A DNA stretch of 64,000 nucleotides from Octopus sinensis (Eukaryota): assembly GCF_006345805.1 (NCBI RefSeq), contig NC_043000.1:25730001-25794000 (forward strand). Direction: 5' to 3'. Both the position numbers and the translations under genes were made by a program. The notes beneath the pieces are model-generated. The model was not told the DNA's origin. It saw nothing but the letters and a program-made list of their open reading frames with translations, and searched no databases. Positions within the stretch are counted from its first letter, which is position 1; each line of letters opens with the position of its first letter. Shown here in pieces: positions 51,366 through 63,559 of the stretch.

Positions 51366-52339
51366 ATGAAGAAAGAGACAGGAAGGGGGAAAAAATGCAG
51401 ATGTGGAATACTTCAATTTTCTCTCATTTTTCGACTTGTTTCAGTCATAGAACTGTGGCCCTGCTGGGGCACCTCATTGAAGGATTTAGTCAAACAAATC
51501 CACACTAATCATAATCCTCATCATCATCATTTAGTGTCCATTGTTCATGCTGGCATGGGTTGGATGGTATGACCAGGGCTGGCAAGCTGGAATGCTGCCC
51601 CAGACTCCAGTCTGATTTGGCATAATTTATACAGCCGAATGCCCTTCCTAACGCCAACCACTCCGAGAGTGTAATGGGTGCTTTTACATGCCACTAGCAT
51701 GGGTGATTTTACATGCTACTAGCATGGGTGCCACTTGCATGACACCAGTATTTTCCACGACTGCGATTTTACTTGGCTTCCTGGGTCTTCTTCTCAAGTA
51801 CAACATAATGCCAAAGGTCTGTCATTCATCATTGCCTCCATGGAGCCAACACTCAAAAGGAACTCAGCCATTTTGCCTCCATGAGGCCCAACGCTCAAAA
51901 GGCACTTTTTACATGCTACCAGCACAGGTGCCAGTTATGTGACACCAGCATCAGCCACGGCTTATCAGTGCTTGGTCTCAGACTTTGAGGTATTTTCTTC
52001 TATGTTTATTTTTTAATCATATCAACCTCAGTTCCAGTCGTTATTTTACCAATCTCTGTCAGGTGACTAAATCTACTTTGGCATGAAGGGACATAATTTG
52101 AACTAAACACAGGATATTTTGGTTAACACAGATATGACCATCACTCACCAATATTTAGCACACATAGAGAGGCATGACTGTGTAGTTAAGAAGTTTGCCT
52201 CCCAAACACATAGTTTCAGGTTCTGTCCCACCGAATGGCACCTTGGACAAGCATCATCTATTATAGCCACAAGCCAACTAAAGCCTTGTAAATGAATTTG
52301 CTAGTTAGAAACTGTAAGAAGCTAATCATACACACACAC

Positions 52340-52685
52340 TGTAAAAAGCACCATTCAAGCATGGTCATTGCCAGTGCCCCCTGACTGGCTCCTGAGCAGG
52401 TGGCACATAAAAAGCACCATTTGAGCATGGTCATTGCCAGTGCCCCCTGACTGGCTCCTGGTCGGTGGAACGTAAAAAGCACCATTTGAGCATGGTCGAT
52501 GCCAGTGCCGCCTGACTGGCTCCCATGCTGGTGGCACGTAAAAAGCACCCACTACACTCTTGGAGTGATTTGGCATTAGGAAGGGCATCCAGCTGTAGGA
52601 ACCTTGCCAAATCAAATTGGAGCCAGGTGCAGCCTCCCGGCTTACGAGTACTCTGTCAAACCATCCAACATTAAACGATGATGAT
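52340..52685 (+). mobile_element. RTE 3'-UTR relic with 65-66-bp tandem units
   Basis: aaaaagcacc recurs at 52343, 52409, 52474, 52540. Confidence 0.7.
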
Positions 52686-54034
52686 GTGTATGCATGTGTG
52701 TGGGGGTGCATGTGTGCATGGAGGTGTATGTTTCTGTCACTTGTTTTGACATCACATCACATGATAATTGTAAATGAATATTGCTGTTGCACAAGTGGTA
52801 TCCATTATTTCCAATCTTCCATGAAAACATGTCTGGCCATAAGGAAATATTTCCAGCAGCAGAAATATTTGCCTCAATGTATCCCATTCTGGCCCACACC
52901 AGCATGGGAATGTAGATATTAAAACAATGCTGGAACATGATGATAAACACACACACACATAGGTGTCAATACATGCACACAGCATAATCATTCAATGTCC
53001 ACTTTTCCATGGGTCACACGGAATTTGCTGAGGCAGATTTTCTACAGCTTCATGCTCTTTTTGCTACCGATCTTCATCTGTTTCCAGCTGAGGTAATATT
53101 TCCCCACAGCAGCCCAGGGCTGCCGATTCTGCAGAATCGTCAGCACGCTGAGCAAAATGCTTAGAGGCATTTCATTTGTCTTTATGTTCCGAGTTCAAAT
53201 TCCATTGAGGTCAACTTCCCCTTTCACTTTTTCAGGGTCGATAAATTAAGTACCAGTTGAGCATTGGGTGGGGCTCGATGTAATTGACTTAGTACCCTTG
53301 CCTGAAATTGCTGGCCTTGTGCCAAAATTTAAAACTAATATTTCTCCATAGCCAGGCATGTAGTTTTTTTTTTGTTACAGAAGATGGAAAATGAATGACA
53401 CTGCTTGTATGACAGTGACACTCATTTACGACTATCAAGCAGTGTCAGAACGAGGGGACACAGACATACATGCACTCACATCTGGGTACACAAGTACAAA
53501 AAAAGTACTTAATGCATGCAGGGGCAGTTATGTCACTAGAGCAAACACAAATAAGAAATACACACACACATTCATATTCATCCTTGATCTCTCTCTCTCT
53601 CTCTCTGGCCAGGTAACCTTGAACCTCCAAGAAACCTGTTTCTCTCTTTCTGTCTCACTATAACCTTTCATCATCTGACACAAGATCACCTCCTCCAATG
53701 CCCCCTTTTTGTCTTGCAAGGTACTTGGTGACACTGTCAGTGCAGGTGCCACTTAAAAAGCACCCAGTCCACACTGTAAAGTGGTTGGTGTTAAGAAGGG
53801 CAACCAGTCATAAAAACCTTGCCAAAACTGACTTCGCCTGTGCTTGTGTCACGTAAAAATCACTAAGTCCACTCTGCTGGGTGGATGGGGTTACGAAGGG
53901 TATCCAGCTGTAAGAATCTTGCCAAAACAGTCACAGAAGTCTGGTGCAGGCTTCTGCCTGGCTGGCTCCAGTCAAACCGCCCCACCCACGCCAGCATGGA
54001 AGGCACACGTTAAACAGTGACAATGATTCATACA

Positions 54035-54451
54035 CGCAGGAGTGGCTGTATGGTAAGCAGGTACAGGAGTCGCTGTGTGGTAAGTAGCTTGCTTACAAAC
54101 CACATGGTTCAAGGTTCAGTCCCACTGTGTGGCACATTGGGCAAGTGTCTTCTACTATAGACTCGGGCCAACCAAAGCCTTGTGAGGGGATTTGGTAGAC
54201 GGAAACTGAAAGAAGCCCGTCATATATATGTATATGTATATATATGTGTGTGTGTGTGTGTGTTTGTCCCCCCAACAGCGCTTGACAACCAATGCTAGTG
54301 TGTTTACATCCCCGTGACTTAGCGGTTCAGCAAAAGAGACTGATAGAATAAGTACTAGGATTACAAAGAATAAGTCCTGGGGTCAATTTGCTTGGCTAAA
54401 GGCGGTGCACCAGCATGGCCACAGTCAAATGACTGAAACAAGTAAAAGAGT
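54035..54451 (+). mobile_element. SINE family A with duplicated head
   Basis: caggagt..ggtaag occurs twice at the 5' end. Confidence 0.75.
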
Positions 54452-54787
54452 ATACACACACACATACATATATTTATACTCTGACACACACACACATATA
54501 TATAACGTGGCAGTAACAGATTGAATACTTGAAGAGGAGTCAGAGAAAGAACATATATATGCAGCCACTCAGGCTACTAGAAATAGAAGCCAAAAGCCTC
54601 TCAAAACACATCCTAACATCCTGTCTATAAGATACACTGAAACAATGTAATCCTTGAAATTAAAAAAAAACAGGATGGGCATGGCTGGAATAGCTCTGAT
54701 CATAGGCTTGCTCAGGTCTAAACAACAACACTAACAACAACTAGTAAACCTCATTGTAAAACAGAACAAAATATTTTGGTCACTCAC

Positions 54788-54856
54788 CTTCTGGATTAGC
54801 TACTGTGTCTTCTTCAATAAGGGATATGGGTGGAGGTATGGCCACTCCAGAGGCAG
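54788..54856 (-). CDS. RBM17: RBM17 exon 5/11
   Basis: taaccag|..GAA G|gtgagt; ASGVAIPPPISLIEEDTVANPE (SPF45 GAAIAPP). Confidence 0.9.
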
Positions 54857-55310
54857 CTGGTTATAAAGACAAACAAGAAAATACATATAACATGTTGTAT
54901 TAACAGAAATAGTAGCAATTTAGAAATCATGTACAACACCTCAACATCTTTCATTCCATAAACAAATGTCAAACAACACTAACCGATTGCATTTACTCGT
55001 GTATACATTGCATTATTGTATAATTTGTTTTCGTTGGGAAGACAGTGCTGTAACTGATATACAGGGCGAGTTTGAATGTATGAAGAGCGAGAAATTTTGA
55101 GATCCCCCATTGAATATCTATGTGAAATAACTAAGCATTGGCTCCCGTGTTGGTGGCAAGTAAAAAGCACCGTCCGAATATGGCTGATGCCTGTACCTGT
55201 CCAACTCATGCCAGCATGGAAAACAGACGTTAAACAATGACAATGATGATCTTTAGGGTTTTAAATTTCCTTATAATTTTTTTAATTGCACCATTGAGTA
55301 TATTGGAATA

Positions 55311-55692
55311 GTGGAGGTGCAATGGCCCAGTGGTTAGAGCAGCAAACTCGTGGTCGTAGGATTGAGGTTTCGATTCCCAGACCAGGTGTTGTGAGTGCTT
55401 ATTGAACGAAAACACCTAAAAGCTCCACGAGATTCCAGCAGGGGGTGGTGGTGAACCCTGCTGTAATCTTTCACCACAACTTTCTCTCACTCCCTCTTCT
55501 TGTTTCTGTTGTACCTGTATTTCAAAGGGGGCAGCCTTGTCACACTCTGTGTCATGCTGAATCTCCCCGAGAACAATGTCAAGGGTACTCGTGTTTGTGG
55601 ATTGCTCAGCCACTTGCATGTTAATTTCACAAGCAGGCTGTTCTATTGATCGGATCAACTGGAACCCTCATTGTCATAACTGACAGAGCACC
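55311..55692 (+). mobile_element. tRNA-derived SINE related to family C
   Basis: gtggaggtgcaatggcccagtggttagagcagc head, ggtttcgattccc B box. Confidence 0.75.
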
Positions 55693-56646
55693 ATGAATAT
55701 TGGAATAATTAAAGGTGCAACTTATACACAAGTAAATACCATACTTTAAATACATAAATTTTTACACAGAAAAATATTCAATTAAAGCCTATCCAGTGAC
55801 TTCTTTTTTTTATATAATTAATCAACCATTGTCTTACCATATTTCTTTTGTAAAATACTGATGTTGTTAAAATTTAATTATTTAAATAATGAAGAATTTA
55901 GCAAAATAATTTGTACCATTATTAAGTTGAGGTTTGGAATATAAATTAATTAGGAATTTTAATGGAAAAGTTTGAATTTGGATCATTTTAAAAGAGGAAG
56001 TTTGTATCGTAGAACCAGGTTGGTATCAAAATATCAGACTAGATCTAAAAATGGTGAGATTTTAAAAGCAAGATTATGAGAACAAGGCACAGACAAGGAA
56101 AAGAAAAGTGATGATCATAAAGGTGGTGGTGGTGGTGGTGGTAGAAGTAACAATAATGACAGTAGAGGTGGAGGGGTGAAGATGACAGCAGTAATAGGAG
56201 GAGAGGGTGATGAGAGCAGTGGCAGTGTGATGATGGTGGTGGTGGTGGTGGTGGCAAGTGAGAAGCTGGTAATAAAGAAACATGTTCCAGCCCGTTAACA
56301 TCAGTACTCTTCAGTATCAAAGCTAGGAGCATCATCAGTGCAAAAGAATCCTCCAAAATCCTCCGTTTCTGAGCATTAGGATTGAACCCAAAACAACATA
56401 GTTGTGAAACGAACTTCTTAATGAGACAGCCATGATCTCATCATCATCATCAAGGTGCTACTGGAGATATGATGAAGATGATGAGAATAACAATGATGAA
56501 AATGGTCAATGCTAGCAATGATGATGATGATGATGACAATGGTGGTGGTGGTGGTGTTGGAGGGTGGGGCAGTGATGATGAAAAGACAGAGTGCCGTGTA
56601 AATAAAATGGCTTCTGTTTTTTTATATTTAAATAAAGGCAACTTAC

Positions 56647-56807
56647 GACGTTTGGGTTTTTCATATTCCTCTTCTTCCTCGTTCTCCTCCTCTCGTCTCC
56701 TTCCCCGCTCCATTTCACTGGTTGGTTCTGGTGTGTTAACAATAGGAGGCGGAGGTGGTGGTGGAGGTTCTGGCCAGGTTGGTGTTCCTCGGCTTGGCAA
56801 AGTAACA
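56647..56807 (-). CDS. RBM17: RBM17 exon 4/11 (Pro-rich/acidic linker)
   Basis: gattacag|..CGT C|gtaagt; VTLPSRGTPTWPEPPPPPPPP...EEEEEYEKPKR. An in-frame alternative acceptor lies 15 nt downstream, so the upper boundary is less certain. Confidence 0.85.
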
Positions 56808-57552
56808 CTGTAATCATTATTGAAAGAGATCCATAAGTATTTATAAACACCACACACACACACACACATGCATACAACGGGCTACTTTGCGTTTCCATCT
56901 TCTAATTTCACTCACAGAGCTTTGGCCCAGGTTTAGAATTGAAAACACTTGCTCAAGGTATCACACAATGGGACATAACCAGCACTTTGGATAGTTCATC
57001 ATCATCATCGTTTAATGTCTGTTTTCCATGCTAGCATGGGTTGGATGTTTTGACTAAGGACTGGCAAACCAGATGGCTGCACTAGGCTCCAATCTGATCT
57101 GACAGGGTTTCTACAGCCAGATGCCCTTCCTATTGCCAACCACTCTGAGAGTGTAGTGAGTGCTTTTACATGCCACTGGCAATAAACACAATTTCACGGT
57201 GGCATTAAAATGAAGGGTACTCAATTAACGATGAATGTGTAACAAACTAAAAACTGCATTGTCCAGCTGATCTCCCTTACATGACAGGGCCGGGCAAAAT
57301 GCTTAGTGGTATTTCATCTGTCTTTACGTTCTGAGTTCAAATTGCACCAAGATCGACTTTGCCTTTCGTCCTTTCAGGATCAATAAATTAAGTACCAGTT
57401 GCATACTGGGGTCAATCTAATCGACTGGCTCCCTTCCCCAAAAATTTTAGGCCTTGTGCCTACAGCAGAAAAAAATATTTATTATTGAAAGGTGGTGAGC
57501 ACACACACATACATACACATAAATATACACATGCCCATATATAGACACATAC

Positions 57553-57752
57553 CTTTCATCACGGTCTTTATCTTTCTTTATTTTTTCTTCCTCACGCTCC
57601 TTCTGTCTCTGTTCCCTTCTCTTTTTCACAATTTCTTCATATTCGTTGGGTCTTAAAGGATCATACTCGTCTGTGACCCCTGTTAGTGATGGAACAGGTT
57701 CTGATGCTATAAACGGTGAGCTCCCCAAGGAAGCAGGAGGGCCTCGTTCTAA
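57553..57752 (-). CDS. RBM17: RBM17 exon 3/11 (SPF45 motif)
   Basis: ttttcag|..GAA AG|gtatgt; LERGPPASLG...DEYDPLRPNEYEEIVKKRREQRQKEREEEK.. Confidence 0.95.
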
Positions 57753-57955
57753 CTGAAAAGAAAATGAAATGAAATACATCACTTTAATTCCCCCATCACA
57801 GACAAACCAATAATCTTTGCAATACGAAAATTATAGCTATTTTATCTTTTATTACTTGGTCTGCGGCCATACTGGAGCACTGCCTTGAAGAATTATTAGT
57901 CAAACAAATTGACCCCTGTACTTCTTTTATTTAAGCCCAGTACTTATTCTATTAA

Positions 57956-58175
57956 CCCTTTTGTTACTGTATTTATTTTGAGATGTGCTGTGTTTCTTTA
58001 AATTACCTTAAATATAACAAATAATTTAGTAAAGTAACTTAGTTATCATTAAGCTAGTGTTAGGAACATAAATTGTGACTAAGGTTTGGTGGAAGATTTT
58101 AATTCAAAACTTATGAAAATAAGACATTTGTACTCAGAGCCAGAGCCGGTTTCAGCCGGGTTGGTAACGAAAGGG
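57956..58175. mobile_element. piggyBac-type MITE inserted in a SINE
   Basis: TTAA|cccttttgttac ... gtaacgaaaggg|TTAA (TSD 57952-55 and 58176-79). Confidence 0.85.
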
Positions 58176-58384
58176 TTAATGTCTTTAGCCGAACTGCTAA
58201 GTTACAGAGATATAAACACACCAACATCGGTTGTCAAGCAGTGGTGGGGGACACATCACAATATCGACCAGACTATCGGATGCTGTTATACACCACTGAT
58301 TACAATGCACTTCCTTAACTTGTTCCAGCCTTCAAATAATATCACCCTGCTAGCTAGGCAGGCAGGCAGGCCAATTTATATATA

Positions 58385-58431
<47 letters not shown>

Positions 58432-58789
58432 TGGTTGTCTACTCCTTAAACAAGGAATTAAATAATGATGCACAAAGCAAGCAGCAGTAAGACTTCTATG
58501 AGTAAGATAGGCCACAGTCATTGTAACTCTGTCTCTCTCTCTCACTCTGTCTGTGTGTGTGTGTGTGTATGTATGTGTGTGTAGAAGCAGGATTGAATTT
58601 GGCGCAGTCAAGATAGGTAGACAGGATAATGATAGAACAATTTGAGGCGTTAGGATTCCTTTGCTTATTAACATCATTAACAAAGAAGAATAAATTAATT
58701 AGGGGGACATGAAAAGCTGCACATTTAATTGGTGCACCATCATTGGGGGAGCCCAGTGTTTCTTCATCAGTTTTAAGTGAGTTCATGGC

Positions 58790-59215
58790 TCGCAGGACAG
58801 CCTGCTGTGCTTATCTTGGATCGTAGGGTGACCTGCTGTGCTTGAGGAGACCTATTGAGTCAAGCATATCAACATCAAAATAAAAATCAAATGGAAATTG
58901 TAGTTGTGATACCACACAGCCATACATTCACCATCCAAACGTGGCTGATGCCAGTGCCACCTTGACTGGCGTCCGTGCCGGTGGCACATAAAAAGCACCA
59001 ACTGATCGTGGACATAGCCAGCTTCCTCTGGCCTGTGCCAGTGGCATGTAAAAAGCACCCACTACATTCATGGAGTGGTTGGCGTTATGAAGGGGATTCA
59101 GCTGTAGAAACACAGCCAGATCAGACTGGAGCCTGGTGCAGCCTTCGGGCTTCCCAGACCCCGGTCGAACCGTCCAACCCATGATAGCATGGAAAACGGA
59201 TGTTAAACGATGATG
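58790..59215 (+). mobile_element. RTE 3'-UTR relic ending about 10 nt from an RBM17 donor site
   Basis: Same block; its tail abuts the intron start at 59225. Confidence 0.65.
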
Positions 59216-59225
59216 TAATACTTAC

Positions 59226-59324
59226 GCGACCAGTCTGTTGGTTAAAATGTAGAGGTTGATCAGTAAGGTCAGCGTGTCTTTTTAGGTCCACAACAGGTGC
59301 CATAGTCGGTGTCTGTTTCTGTCG
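59226..59324 (-). CDS. RBM17: RBM17 exon 2/11
   Basis: tttacag|..GGT CGC|gtaagt; RQKQTPTMAPVVDLKRHADLTDQPLHFNQQTGR. Confidence 0.92.
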
Positions 59325-59466
59325 CTGTAAACAATAATATAATTATGAACAGAAAAATAGCAATAACTTGGGGAAAAAAAAGGAACATAAGATGAAATAT
59401 CCAACAAACATGAAATGGAAACTAACTTGGATTCCTTTTTAAATCTCAATATTTTCTTTCAATATT

Positions 59467-59830
59467 TACTCTTTTACTTGTTTTAGTGATTTGACTGTGG
59501 CCATGCTGGAGCACTGCCTTTAGTCAAGCAAATCGACCCCAGGACTTATTCTTTGTAAACCTAGTACTTACTCTATCAGTCTCTTTTGCCGAACTGCTAA
59601 GTTACAGGGACGTAACCACACCAGCATCAGTTGTCAAGTGATGTTAGGAGGACAAATACAGACACACATACATATATATATATATATATACATATATATG
59701 ACAGGCTTCTTTCAGTTTCCGTCTACCAAATCCACTCACAAGGCTTTAGTCGGCCCAAGGCTATAGTAGAAGACACTTGCCCAAGGTGCCACGCAGTGGG
59801 GCTGAACCTGGAACCAATTGGTTGGTAAGC
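59467..59830 (-). mobile_element. SINE family A
   Basis: Homology. Confidence 0.75.
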
Positions 59831-60520
59831 CTAATATTAGAACACGCACACACACACTCATACATACTTTCCCATCCTTGCATATGTTGGAAGGAGTTTA
59901 TTGAGATAGTTACCTGAATGCTTTTCCTGTTCCTAACCCTCACCTGTTTCCAATCAAAGTAACTACTTCCTCAGGGCCAGACATTTCTAGACACAATATT
60001 GAATATGAAAGGCACAGCGTGTATGACAATCACAATCATTTACAACTACCATACAATGTCAAGACAAGGAGACACAAACATTCACAAACATACACGAGAG
60101 GCTTCTTTCAGTTTCCTTCCATCTGCCAAATCCATTCACAAGGCTATAGTAGAAGACACTTGTCCAAGGTTCGATGCAGTAGGACTAAACCCAGGACCAT
60201 GTGGTTGGGAAGCAAACTTCTTAACCATATAGCCATACATTCACCTATGTATTAAACCAATAACTTAGCCATATTTTTCAGTGAGCAGGCATATGTTCAA
60301 AGGCATTCCAACCATGACCACCACAACTTTTCAGGGACATCTAGAACTACATTATCTAATGTACCCTTTGTTTTTCCAAGACAGTTAAGATGTGATCTGG
60401 AACAGATTTGACTGCTATTTCTTGTAAATCAATCAACCACATAGTGGCCACCTTCAAGGGTGAGTAAGTAACTAATAAAGACAAAACTAGTTATCTAACA
60501 GACATAAAACGATGGTGACA

Positions 60521-60556
<36 letters not shown>

Positions 60557-60611
60557 CAAGAAGTATAGGGGTGACCCAAACAGAAATGTTTATAATAATC
60601 ATAATACAAAC

Positions 60612-60685
60612 CTTGTTTTGAAGAGAGGCTACTTTCTTAGCTTGTAACTGAGAATGTAATAATTTGTAGGCAGAAGACCAACCAG
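60612..60685 (-). CDS. RBM17: RBM17 exon 1/11
   Basis: tttgcag|..AAC AAG|gtttgt; GWSSAYKLLHSQLQAKKVASLQNK. Confidence 0.92.
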
Positions 60686-60799
60686 CTGCAAAAACACAAG
60701 AGGAAGATATATCACTTACATATATATATATATTGATAAAAACGGTAAGATAACAAATGAAAGAAAGAGACCTCAATATTATGTAAATAGAGGAATTTA

Positions 60800-60959
60800 T
60801 CTGTAAATGTAATATGTGACAATTATTCGGTAGCCAAGATAAAACTTTTTCTGATGGCCGGATAACTGAAGAGATGGTGGCGTGAATTTCCACCTGAGCA
60901 TCCGAAACTCAGAGTTTTAACTTGGCTACCGAATAATCGTCACATATTACATTTACAGA
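60800..60959. mobile_element. TA-flanked hairpin MITE
   Basis: 47-48-bp inverted arms with 2 mismatches, 66-bp spacer, TA on both sides. Confidence 0.75.
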
Positions 60960-61187
60960 TATATATATATATATATATATATATAGGGAGAATTCACAAA
61001 AAAACAAAAGACAAAGACAGGTGGTGTAGACAACAAATATTAGTATAATGCTCAGGAAGTGAAAAAGTCTTTAATGTTTCGAGCCTATGCTCTTCCACAG
61101 AAAGGAACACAGAAAGAAACAAGGAGAGAAAATAAAGAATGTGTAGTGGCTAGCGAACTATATATATATATTTATATTCTTTTATTT

Positions 61188-61558
61188 GTTTCAGTCATTT
61201 TACTGCAGCCATGCTGGAGCACCGCCTTTAGTCAAACAAATCAACCCGACAACTTATACTTTGTAAGCTTAGTACTTATTTCATCAGTCTCTTTTGCCAA
61301 ACTGCTAATTTACAGAGATGTAAACACACCAGCATCAGTTGTCAAGTGATATAGTGAGAGAACAAACACAAACGCACAAATACATATATATATATGACGG
61401 GCTTCTTTCAGTTTCTGTTTACCAAATCTACTCACAAGGCTTTCATCAGCACAAGACTATAACAGAACACACCTACCCAAGGTGTCACACAGTTGGACTG
61501 AATCCAAAACCATTTGGTTGGGAAGCAAGCTTCTTACCACACAGCCACTCCCGCACCT
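61188..61558 (-). mobile_element. SINE family A
   Basis: Homology. Confidence 0.7.
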
Positions 61559-61613
61559 ATTAAGCCACTCCCATATATATATCTATATCAGCCAGTATCT
61601 ATATATATATATA

Positions 61614-61719
61614 TGTGACTGTGTTTGTCCCCCCACCCCCACCATCACTTGACAACCGATGTTGGGATATTTACGTAACCAAGGGATAAGTCCTGCTTTC
61701 CTGAGAATTACTGGGTACA

Positions 61720-61761
<42 letters not shown>

Positions 61762-61792
61762 TGGGTACAGTCTATATATATTACTGGGTGCA

Positions 61793-61873
<81 letters not shown>

Positions 61874-61995
61874 ATAAAATATATATATATAGACTGTACC
61901 CAGTAATTCTCAGGAAAGCAGGGCTTATCCCTTGTTACGTAAATATCTCAACATCAGTTGTCAAGTGATGGTGGGAGGGGACAAACACAGTCACA
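61614..61995. repeat. Inverted duplication around a (TA)n tract
   Basis: 61614-61721 is the reverse complement of 61893-61995. Confidence 0.85.
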
Positions 61996-62642
61996 CAAAT
62001 ACACATATATATATATAATACATGTATATAAATTAGAGAAGAACCAGCATGAAGCAATTCAACAATGATATACTTAAATCACACCATATAGAAAAAAATT
62101 AAAGATACGATAAAACATTTACCTAAAACTAAATAAAGTACTAAATAACCATATGGAACCATATGGTTGGCAGGCAAGCTTCCTACCACACAGACACGCC
62201 TGTATATATATATATGTGTGTAATCAACCCATGCCAGCATGGAAAATGGATGTTAAATGATGATGAAGTATTCATATACATTCTTTTAGTTGTAAAGTTA
62301 CATAAGTAACTCGTGAACATAGAGTTTTGTGTATTGCAATTATCAACCCATACACACACATACATACATACATGATGGGCTTTCAAAAAGCTTCCATCTT
62401 CCAATTTCACTCACAAAGCATCAGTCAAGACAAGACTTATAGCAGAAACCATTTACCCATGACGCCATACTGTGAGATCAAACTCAAAGTCACATGACTG
62501 TGAAGTGAACTTAGTCACCCAATCATGTCTGAACTAGCATAATGATATAAATTTGAATTACTGCAATAACTTGTAGCAGGGATTTGAAAACTCAACTGCT
62601 AGATAATTGGTCAGACACCACAAGTGAACCACTATAGTTTCA

Positions 62643-63030
62643 CATCATCATCATCAATTAATATTTGCTTTCCATGCTGGCATGGGTTGGATGGTTTGAC
62701 TGAGGACTTGCAAACCAGATGGCTGCACCAGGCTCCAATCCGATCTGGCAAAGTTTCTAAAGCTGGATGCCCTTCCTAATGCCAACCACTCTGGGAGTGT
62801 AGTGGGTGCTTTTTACGTGCCACCAGCACGAGGGCCAGTCAGGCAGCACTGGCCTCGACCACACTCGGATTGTGCTTTGGGGCTAGCCAGGCAGCACTGG
62901 TATCAACCACACTCGAATGGTGCTTTAGGCGCCAGTCAGGCAACACTGGTATCGACCATGCTTGAATAGTACTTTTCATGTGTCACCGGAACGGGTGCCA
63001 GTCAGGCAGCACTGGAATCATCCATGATCA
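62643..63030 (-). mobile_element. RTE 3'-UTR relic
   Basis: Same block with internal units. Confidence 0.65.
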
Positions 63031-63559
63031 GTCTGTTAATTGACTAATCAGCATCAGGCTGTGGAATGATTTGGTTTTCTCAAATGTTCTTCTTTCACCC
63101 TTTAAAAGACCATTTTGTCTTTTAATTAATCACAGAATGTGACTGAGTGACATGCACCACCATTCTTTCCACACTGACGGTTCTAGACATTTGCACAGAC
63201 AGCCAAGAATCATTGTCACCACAGACATTTGTACAGTTGATGTCGTATATTTTTGGACCAACCGCATCTTGTAACATAGAAAGTTATCTATAATTTTAGA
63301 GCAGTCTGCCTCTCTGTCTCTCAGTCAGTAAACATTTATGTTGTTCATTGTAAATAGCTAACACTTAATATCTTTATGTCAGGCAATAAATATTTCAGTT
63401 AAATATTCACGAGTATACTTCAATTATTATTCATGCAGCCAAATATATCTTCATTTATTAGCTCCACACTGCACCAACCAAGCCACCATCACAACAAACT
63501 TGTTTAAGAAATCTAAGACATGTCATGCACCACCATTAAGGAACCAATAATAATAATAA

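Larger units (their letters stand above)
41867..60685 (-). other. RBM17: Gene span: splicing factor 45 (RBM17/SPF45), 11 in-window coding exons, first exon not in window
   Basis: Exons of 74,99,200,161,69,73,152,71,99,73,110 nt splice GT-AG in one frame. Contains the SPF45 motif EYDPLRPNEYE, a G-patch and a C-terminal UHM with RYFGGR. Confidence 0.96.
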
